Assembly (NCBI GenBank): GCA_013265495.1
Contig: MU061814.1
Coordinates: 5,087,684 to 5,151,683, forward strand
From: Vicugna vicugna
Lineage: Eukaryota
DNA: 64,000 nt
Direction of reading: 5' to 3'
Both the position numbers and the translations under genes were made by a program. The notes beneath the pieces were generated by a model. It made no database searches. It had not been told where the DNA came from and was given only the letters and a program-made list of their open reading frames with translations. The stretch's first letter is position 1; each line of letters opens with the position of its first letter. Below, piece by piece: positions 55,332 to 64,000 of the stretch.

Positions 55332-57090
55332 CCTCCGACTGAGCTCGCCGGCCGCCCGCAGCCGCCGCCGCCGCCCGCGCACGCGCCGGCGCCCTCCACC
55401 CATTGGCCGGGGCGCGCTTGCATGCAAATAAGCCGCCGCCGCGCCCGCCCATTGGCCAGTGAGGCGCCATGGTCGAGGCGCCCTGGGCGGTCCGCCCGGC
55501 TCGGAGGCAGCTCCCCTGGGTCCTAGAGGCGGTTCTGACGCGGCCCGGGGGACCCGGGAACCGCGCGTCTGCCAGCCGGGCTGCCCCGCGGGGCCTGGCT
55601 CGCGGCAGAGCGGCGGCGGCGCCGAGGGTTCGTGTCCCTTCCTCGGAAGCCGCGGCCCGGGGGCGCAAGTGCCTTGTTCCACTATCTGGGCTGCGGCGTT
55701 CGTGGCCAGCCGCCTTTGAGCCTCGTCTTCAGGCTCCAGCGCACTTCCTCTATGCGGGTGTGTGTCTTTGCGGGGGAGCTGGGGTGCGGGGGCTGGAGCT
55801 GTGCCCTCCGCCGCCTGGGCGGTCCCTTGAAGAGGGATCCCCCGGGCTCCTGGGAATGGCCGCCGTGCCACCTGGCCTCTCTCACTGAAGAGGAGACCGC
55901 GGGTCTGAAGGGAGACGGCACCTGCCACAGGCTGGTGGGGCCGGTGCTGGGCCTTCAGCCCCAGGTAGGGTCCTGCACTTCCCAAAGCAGCAAACGACCT
56001 TGAGTCTGCGGGTTGCCAGGCCTCAGTTCGTCTGTCTTCTGTATCCAGGACCAACTTCACGCTCACGTGCTGCCTTCTGGAGCCCCCAGGAGCCCACCTG
56101 TGTTTTGCGGGCAGGGTCCTGCAGCCACCTCTGTGCCACTGGCCTGCTCTGTCCAGCGCTCTGCCGGCAGGTTTACTTCTCCCTTCAAGTGAGGACAGTG
56201 CTCGCGACCTCAGGGTATTGTTAGGACCGAGCTGCCTCAGCTAGGACAACCCCAGCGCCGGGTCTGCGGTGTGGCTGGAGACCTGGCACGTGACCTGTGG
56301 TTCGCTCCCGCAGCTCTGCATGGAACCACACATGGCACACACGTTTGTCTCATCTGTGCAGGTGCTGGGGGTGCATGTAGGGTGGGGCAGACACAGCCCT
56401 GGCCTGCGGAGCTCCTGTCTGCCTGGAGGAGGCTGGCATGGACGTGCAGCAGGGAAATGAGGCAGAGTGTCCGGGTGGCATCACCATCATTGACGAGGGC
56501 TCCAGGGGCTGGCCCTGCTGGCCAGCTGCTGCTAGTAGGAGGACCCGGCAGGTGGCGGGGGGCTCACACACGGGTGGCTAGTAGTTGAGCTTATAAAAGG
56601 GACGATGGGTGTCACCTGTTTGTGCCCCTCAGCCCCCAAACCATGCTGTCTGCTGCATGACAAGGGAGCCAGGCCGTGCAGACTCCTCCGCTGCCAGCTG
56701 GTGCTGTGTTGGGGGTGCTGCAGGGACAGTGGGGAGGGATGTGGTCCTCTTCCAGGTTCTGTGCCCTCTCGCCAGGCGCTTGGAGACTTGGCTTCTTCAC
56801 CACCCTGGATGCCCACGAGCCAAACCTGGCCTACGTGTCAGATGTGAATGGAGCACACAGGTTTTGTTTTATTTTATTTCAGAAAAATCAGAGCAACCTT
56901 TAACAATTGGAACTTTGCATACCCCCCTCCCCCTGGATTTCCCTCTTGGGAATTTAGTCTCTCTGACCTCTTGGGCCAGCAGGCAGACGGGCCACAGGGA
57001 GTGAGGTGGGGAGCAGTGGCTCTGTTTGTCAGGCCTGCACCCCCAGTTTGCCCAGCTACTGCCCGGTGTCCTGCCTTTGCCTCGGAAGGG

Positions 57091-57236
57091 CAGTTCTCAA
57101 ACTTCACCCACAGGGAAATTGCCCCTGGAAGCTTCTTAAAACACGGATTCCCAGGCCCACCCCAGGATCCTGATTCAGTGAGTCTGGAGTGGATCCAGGA
57201 ACCTGTTTAAGCTCCTCCCACTGAGGCGCTCTGAGA
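57091..57236 (+). mobile_element. MER5A/B-like DNA transposon remnant
   Basis: cagttctcaaactt...gcttcttaaaacacggattcccaggcccaccccagg...tgattcagtgagtctggagtgg. Confidence 0.75.
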
Positions 57237-57602
57237 CCTGCCCTCCTAAAGCAGAATATCCCCAAGTGCCAAGGGTGGAAGCTGTGCTGTGGTCGCGCAG
57301 GGCTGACAAGTCAGGGGCAGGTGTGGGGCCAGGGGCTCAGAGCTGTTAGGGAGGAGGGGGCTCTGCGTGGAGGCTGCTGTGTGTTCTGGGTTCCATTCCC
57401 TGCAGCCCTCCCCGAGTGTTCTCTGGTCCCTGTAATGGTCTGCAAATGCGACTGGTTTGGGCCCTGCCCTTCAGAATGGGAGTGACCTACCCACCCTTGG
57501 ACGCACTTAAGAGCCTCTTGAGTCACCTGCCCAGGAAGGCAGAGGCCTGGTGGACCCCCGACCCTGCCAGCTGCCAGCTACACACGCCCTCCTTCTTGAC
57601 GC

Positions 57603-57608
57603 TTTATT
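57603..57608 (-). terminator. RBBP8NL: RBBP8NL polyadenylation signal AATAAA
   Basis: First minus-strand AATAAA seen downstream of the last exon; followed by GU-rich gcgtgtgtagctgg. Confidence 0.7.
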
Positions 57609-58199
57609 CTGGCTCTCTGCGACCCCTCTCTGCAGAAGGCCCTGCACCCTCACTGTCCAGTGCCTGCCTCTGGGACTCCATGAGGGGGCGCCCGAGACTA
57701 CCCCTCAGAGCTCCATGCCTGCCAGGGATGGGCGGCCAGGCACGCAGGGCCCTGGGGGTCCGGGAAGCCAGCGGAGTGTGTGTTGCCCGGAGGAGTAGGG
57801 AGCTGCCCGGGAAGGGCTGCCTCTGCTCAGCAGGGGCGGGGATGTGGCTGGAGCCTGAGCCGTCTGGGCTCCGCTCCACCAGCACCAAGTGAGCAGATGC
57901 TGGGGTAAGGGTGGGCAGCAGGGCCATTTATGAGATGGGTGGAGACGGAGAGCTTTGAAAGACCAGCCAAAGGCCACCCACTTTGGGCTTCCCAACCCTT
58001 CTGGACGTGAGACAGGACCCAGTCTACTCCCCCACTGCTGGGCTGGTGGTGTGGCCTGTCCTGGCCACGGGCAGTGGGTGGGGAGCCCACCTGGGCAGGC
58101 TGTGGTGCCCCTGGGTCTCTTCTCAGCTGCTGTTGCTGGGTGAGAGGCTGCTGTCCTCGGGATCCCTCGGGCTCCTGGCTCCCCTAGGTTCCTTCTTCC

Positions 58200-61100
58200 T
58201 CAGGACGGCTTCTTGGAGGCTACGGGAAGTGGACCGAGGTTAGGCAGGAGGCACGAGGGGCCCTTGTGTGTCCTCCTCTGCAGCGACGCCGGGCTCTCAC
58301 CCAGGCCCTCGCGGGAAGTTTCTGGGAACTCAAGAGCCCATGCTGGCAGTCAGCTTGTTCCTGAGAGCAATGGACCCTGGAGCAGGGTGCCCTGATTGGA
58401 GGGCGCACCCTGAAAATTTGATGGGAGGGTGGACCCTCTCCCAGGTGTGTGAGCCTGGAATTGATCTGGCCCTGGGGCCTCCCTTGCTGCCTTGCAGAGG
58501 CTCTGGGACATTCTGGGTCAACCAAGCTCATGGGGAAACATGCTCAGAATCCCTGAGACATGGGCTGGGTACCTCCACAGGCCTGCCCTCTGGGGCCACA
58601 AGAAAGGCCATCTGGTCCTTGAGACCCTCACAGCTGGGACCCACTGAGATGCTGGGCCTCAGGCCTGTCTCTGATGCAGAACTAGCTCTGGCTCCGGGTC
58701 AGACGGGTCAGGATGGAATCCTGACCCCGTGGACCAGCTTCAGGACCTTGGGCAAGTTACCTCACCTCTGAGCCTCAGTATCCCTATCTGTGGAACAGTG
58801 ATAATTCATCCTCGGGCAGGGGCATCAGGTCCAAAGGCAGTAATGATTGGACACTGCCTCGAACCCCTACAAGATGTCAGGGTACTGCCCCTGGCGCTGA
58901 GCCGTGTGGCTTCCTGCCTGGCACAAGCTGGGCCCTGTTCTCACTGACCAGCACTGTGGGTGTTGGGGCATGCGGGTGCCTGCTGGGAGCCCCTGCCCCG
59001 GTGGACTTGACTCAGAGTGGGGGGTGGGGCGGACACCAGCTGCCCACCAGGTCAGCTTTCCGAAGTGTCTCACAGGAAGTGCCATGAGATCACACGTGTG
59101 CTGGCCTCCACCGCTTGCCCCGCAAACACAGGCTGCGATCACCTTCCTGGCAACAATGGCGCATTGTGGTGGCCACAGCCCAGCCTGCGTCGTGGGCCTA
59201 TTGGACAAGCACTACGGTAGCATCCGGTATTAGCTCAGGTGTCCAGAGGCTCTCACGGGTGCCTGGAGGCCCGGCCGGAGCTACCGTTGTGGCCAGAGTA
59301 GGAAGTGGAAGGGCATCCCGATATCCTGGGCCGGGACCCCTGGCTCCCGCTGGCCTGGGAGGAGCCTCCAGGCACCACCCTGGGTAAACGTGAGCAGCCC
59401 CCAGCCCCCTGGAGGGAACAAACGTGCCCACACCCAGAGGGCTGCACCCTCTGCTGCTACTTTGTTTTGAAAGTGGACAAGAGGGTCCAGGAGCCCCTGC
59501 GCACGCCCAAACTGGGCCTGAGGGGGGCAGGGGTTCGGGACCGCCAGGCCTGGTGGCTGCTTTTCCCCTGTGATGACAACGGCCATACGGCTGTCCTGAG
59601 CTTTATCCCACTGAGATCGCACACCAGCCCTGGTATCACCCTGTTTCTGGAGGGAAACAGGCTAGGGTAGAAGGGGCCGGCCCGGGGAGGAGGGAGTGCA
59701 GTCAGGGTTCTCCCTGGCCTGACCCTGGCCTTTCTCCTGGGCTGCCCTGGGAGAGGCTGCAGGGCTGACTTCTGGGCTCCAAGCGGCAGGAAAGGTGGGC
59801 TGGGGGCACTGATGCTGCACTGGCCCGCAGCCTGCCTCTGGCCCCGGGTACCTTTTCTCCACGGGTCTGGGTCCGGGTCTGAGTCCAAGGCCCGCTTCCT
59901 CTTCTGCTGCAGGCCACGCGCATGCTCCTTGGCACAGAAGCACCTGTTCCCTGGTGTGCTCAATGTGGCCCCTGCCTCGGAGCTCAGGCCCCCCTGAGGG
60001 GGTGGGGGTGTGGTTAGGGGAAGGACCCTCCCCCTAAGCCTGGGGCAGCCCTGTTGCCACAGCCCCGCCCCAGTGTGGGGCTGAGCACCCACCTCACTGT
60101 CCGAGGTGTTTGGCTCGTCCAGCTGGTCCCTCTCCATCCGCTGTACCTCGGCTCTGCTGAGCTCTGCAGGACACAGGGCGTGGGTCAGGCCAGGCTGGTG
60201 GCCTGGAAGTCTAGGGGAAGCACAGGCCTCTCCAGCCAGCCTGCCTGCCTGCCTGCCTGCCTGGGACGGGTGGCAACGGCTCTGCCGAAGAGGAGACTGA
60301 GGCCCGGAGGGATGGAGTAGCCTGCCCAGGCTCAAACCCAGGCCTAGTGTCTTCAGCACCAGGAAGGAGACCCCACCAGCTGACTTGGTCGCTGGGTGAC
60401 AGGGAACTCACTACCTGCCCTGAAGCCCTAATTTCTAGGATGCTGCCTCTCCAGTGCTTGTGGTCAGAGACATGCCCACCCTGGGCCTCAATTCTCTATA
60501 TGTGGGAGACACTGAGCCCTGGACCCAGGGTTTGGTTGGTCAGGCCTGGGAGGCTGAGCTGACACTGACCATGGCACCCGCTCCCCTCTGTGGTACCACT
60601 ACCTGAGTTCTCAAGACCCTGGTACCCCTCCTTACCTGGGTGGTTGTCTCCATCAGACTTCTGAGGGCAGGAGGGCAGTTTTGGCCTCCCTCTGGCCTCA
60701 TTTCCCGTTCCATTTGGAGAGGGCAGGCCTGGGGGCTGCTCTGGGAGAGGATGTGTGGGGTCCTGGGGAGAAGGACGTTTTTTAAGTGGCTTGAATTCCC
60801 TTGAGACAATTGCCCTCCCCTCCAACCCAGCCTTGGGCATAGCCCGCAGGACCCTGGCTGGGGCCGAAGCTAGAGGATCAGCCACCTCCTGTCTCATGTG
60901 ACGCAGGCAGCCAGGCTCACTCATTGGGAACTGGTTTGCTGTGCGGAGGAAAGGGAGTGGCCTGGATGGAGGCTGGAGGGAGTCTGGATGCTCTGGGGTG
61001 GCGCATGTGGAGGCCCGGAATGGGCTTGGTCCCTCACCTCGGAAGTCGGGGGCGCCTCCTCCTCTGGCTTTCTGGGCCCCTTGGTGCCGTTGCTGAGTCC

Positions 61101-63677
61101 CTGGGCTCCAGGCTGGGCAGGTGGCTCTGCTCCCTGGGGTGGCTCCGGGCTGGGAGTGTGGGCAGTTGTGGGGCTGAGTGAGCCTGGCTGGCTGGCAGGC
61201 TGAAGGGCGCCGTCCCGGCCCCGGCCCCTCTCTGAGAGGTCCAGGGGCGTGTCTGGGACATGGTCCTGTGTGGCTGTGACCTCCTTGTCCCCAGGGCTGC
61301 CCGGGCCTGTGGTCTGCGGGTGCTGTCCTCTGGGCAGGGCTGCCCCGGCCGTCTCACCCTCAGGACCCTCGGAGTCAGAGCCTGCTGGTGGGGAGGGTGG
61401 CGTCTCCCCCGGCACGGGCAGGCCCCTCCGCCTGGCACCGCTGGGGCTCCCCCGTGCCCGCAGCTGCTGGGCGAGGAGCAGGCGCAGTGCACCCTCCAGC
61501 CGCGGGTCTCGCATGCCCACCAGGGCGCCGGGCAGGCCCAGCAGGCCCGCAGGCTCCTCCCAGGCCTCCGCCTCCCCAGCCTTCAGGCCCTGGGGCATGG
61601 GGCCGCAGGGGGCTGCGGTGGGAGCCCGGGGGCTGCTGTCGGGGCTCCGGAGGTGCAGGGACAGGCGGCGGCTCAGGAGGCAGAGGCGGTCAGCCTGGAG
61701 GGGGCGCTGCAAGGACTCACGGGTCTGGGCAGAGGGCCGAGGGGCTTGCAGGAAGCTGCAGCGAGGAGAGGCCCAGGGGCTACAGTCAGCCCTCACCGGG
61801 CGGGTAAGACCAGGGCCCAGGGAGGCGAGGTGAGCAGCCCTGGTCACATACAGGTCGTGGGGAGGGGTGGGGTCCTGGGCTCCTGGCTATTGTGGGCCTG
61901 GCCAGAGCTGACCTGGAGCCTGGGGCTCTGAGGAGGGACCTGGACTCGGAGCCTCTCCCCGTTCTGGGCATCAGCTGCCCGCCCAGTCACCTGGAGCACC
62001 TGCCTACCTGCCTACCTGTGCACCTGCCACCAGCCCACCCACCCTCTCCTCTCAGACACTGAGAAGGGTCTGAGACCACAACAAGAGGCCTTGTGTGGGC
62101 CCTTCTGAGAGGGATTCCCAGGGGTAAGGCCCCATCTCCTCCCCCGACGTCCCCCCACCCCTCACTGGCCATTCGGGGATGTCTATGTGGGAACTTTGCT
62201 CTGGGCAGGCTCCCTGGGAAAGCCAAGCCGAGGAAGAGTGGAGGCTCCTGGAGGGACGACTGGAGGGACTCCCTGGGCTGCCGGCCCCTTCCCGAAAGGT
62301 GGGACCAGTGTTGGAGACTGAGCAGCTGAGGCCGCCCCTGGTGGTGGTGGTGGTGGTGGTGGGCGGGGCCTCACCTGTCCAGGGAGAGGCTGTGCCCGCA
62401 GGGTGGGCTGGGTGGGCTGCTCCTGGTCAGTGGCAGTGGGGGTGTCCCGTTGGTGGAGCCCCGGTCAACAGAGCAGGCCCGGGATCCCGGCCGCACCACG
62501 GCGATGGTCCCGTGCAGCTGGTTGGAGATGCGCTGGGGGCTCTGCACAGGGTGGACAGGTCAGCCTGGGTGGGGCTGGCTGCTGCCCTCTGCCCTTGCTC
62601 TCTGTGTGACCTTGGGCAATCACCCACCCGCTCTGAGCCTTGCCTCCACCCACGTCAAATGGAGCTCAGGGGTCCCTGCCTTGCATGGAGGAGGCACATG
62701 CCACGTGGGGTGGTACATGGGGCCTGGCACACAGCAGGGTGCCCAGAGGGGAGGAGTGGGCTCAGGGTCCCTCGCCCTTACCATGTCCGGGGCCCGTGGC
62801 GCTGGCAGGTTGGCACCTGGAGAGATTTTGGCCACTGGAGACGCCCTGTACCCCGCCGGCCTTTCTGTGAGGGGAGAAGCAGAGGGCAGGACACCAGGGA
62901 GGTGCTCAGAGGGGCCAGCTCAACCTCTGCCAGAGGGCTCCTTGGTCCTGGGGTGCCCAGCCTCCTGGCCTCCCCCGTCCCCCGTAGCACCCTCTTCCTG
63001 TGAACCCGCACCTGCGTGGTCGTCCTCTGTCTCCTCGTGGCTTCCCGGTGGCTTCTCAGTGACAGCCTTCCCGGCGCCCAGGGAGGGGAGCAGCAGGGGG
63101 GATGGGGAGTCTGAGGTGCCCTCCCTGAACAGGGGCTTGGGCCTGTCTCCAGAGGGAAGGCAAAGATGGAGCAGGTGAGGGAGGGTGGTGCCCCCACAGA
63201 TGATCAGAGAGGCCAGGGCACCCTCTGGGGGCCAAGCGGCTGGAGCGGGAGACCCAGGGGACCAGGAAAGAGCACCGTCATCGGCCCCCACTGTGGGGCC
63301 AAGAGGGGCTGATGTCCTGATGTCCCAGTGCAGCCCAAGTGACAGGGCTGCCGTGGGAGCTGGGCACCCAGCTCCGTCTCTAGGGTGTCCATTTACTCGG
63401 GCACTGTCCTGTGCACTAGGGAGGTCCCAAGCCGGCTCGGGGTGATGGCCTATGGGAGTCTCCTCCCCAGCCCTGGGCGCAGGTCCTGCAGGGGCTCTGC
63501 CCCTCCCATCGCGCTGCGTGCCCGGCGCCCCGTGGACATGCCGGGTGCCTGCTGCGAGTGGGGTGTTGGAGACTGAGGGTGTCGGGCCTTGGCCCGCCAC
63601 TCACCCTGGACCCCGCAGCTGCTTCACCTCCTCCTTCAAGGTGTCGTTTTCCTCCTGCAGCCGGGTCAGCTCGTTGG
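58200..63677 (-). CDS. RBBP8NL: RBBP8 N-terminal-like protein, 3' part; exons 63605-63677, 62991-63148 (acceptor reads GG), 62782-62864, 62375-62541, 61038-61755, 60636-60762, 60093-60163, 59852-59993, 58200-58219. Upstream exons lie beyond the window; integrity uncertain
   Basis: Recognisable peptides NELTRLQEENDTLKEEVKQLRG, DRPKP...TEKPPGSHEE, SPQRISNQLHGTIAVVRPGS, PLDLS (CtBP-binding motif), KRKRA, ASKKPS; exon phases are compatible. Confidence 0.9.
58745..58810 (+). mobile_element. MIR fragment
   Basis: accttgggcaagttacctcacctctgagcctcagtatccctatctgt. Confidence 0.7.
62339..62362. repeat. (TGG)8 microsatellite
   Basis: Just downstream of an RBBP8NL donor site. Confidence 0.85.
62602..62745 (+). 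mobile_element. MIR fragment
   Basis: tctgtgtgaccttgggcaatcac...ctctgagcct...gcctggcacacagcagg. Confidence 0.6.
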
Positions 63678-63794
63678 CTGTGGGGAGGCACTGATTAGGA
63701 AGGACTGCGGGAGGGTAAGCAGGGCGGGGGGTCCCCACCGCACCTGGGGCCCCCTCCTTTCCTATCCTCAGCTGTGACTCCAGCCCTGGGCTCA

Positions 63795-63860
63795 GGGCCT
63801 GGCATACAGCAGGTGCCCCATAGATGCTTGCTGCCTGAGTGGGTGCGTGGATGAATGTTA
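63795..63860 (+). mobile_element. L2/MIR 3'-end fragment
   Basis: gcctggcatacagcaggtgccccatagatgcttgctg...gatgaatg. Confidence 0.5.
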
Positions 63861-64000
63861 AGTAAACAGAACCAGCCTGGAGGCTGTGGACAGTGACAGG
63901 GGGCCCCTTGTCTCTGGGAGCCCCCCTACCAAGGGAAAGGGGCTCGTCCTCACTGGCAGGACTGGTGGGACCTCAGGGCTCTGTGGGGCCCTCCTCATCA

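Larger units (their letters stand above)
54900..55720. promoter_or_regulatory. CABLES2: CABLES2 CpG island / promoter with two CCAAT boxes and an octamer
   Basis: CCAAT on the minus strand at 55402-55406 and 55451-55455; ATGCAAAT at 55422-55429. Confidence 0.85.

Noticed and set aside
55332-56066. 245-codon in-frame upstream extension of CABLES2 from a GTG at 56066
   Set aside because: Lies across and upstream of the CCAAT/octamer promoter, so it is probably not transcribed; CpG-island sequence is stop-poor.
63012-63012. Alternative RBBP8NL donor GCA G|GTGCGG
   Set aside because: The donor at 62990 gives the 158-nt exon whose residues align with the recalled human sequence; the upstream site does not repair the frame when combined with the shifted acceptor.

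Overview
GC-rich mammalian genomic DNA carrying the syntenic block LAMA5(-) / RPS21(+) / CABLES2(-) / RBBP8NL(-), known from human 20q13.33. Three copies of a tRNA-derived SINE resembling the camelid (vic-1-type) SINE suggest a camel, llama or alpaca assembly (inference from recalled consensus). The window holds LAMA5 coding exons 1-11, the complete RPS21 gene (83 aa), the complete CABLES2 CDS (10 exons, about 484 aa, part of exon 1 in an N gap) and the last nine coding exons of RBBP8NL. It also has three CpG-island promoters, old repeats (L1M, MIR, MER5A, MLT1, L2), a 39-bp VNTR and three N gaps. Most of the six-frame ORF track is GC-content noise. Most notable observations: (1) in-frame read-through of LAMA5 exon 11 into intron 11, with a downstream AATAAA, predicts a netrin-like LN+3LE short form whose tail looks like a membrane anchor; (2) RBBP8NL shows two lesions, an AG-to-GG splice acceptor and a premature stop with a decayed C-terminus; (3) CABLES2 carries coding microsatellites and an intronic VNTR. 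Comparisons with human proteins are from memory and need confirmation by alignment. No prokaryote-type system (CRISPR etc.) is present.
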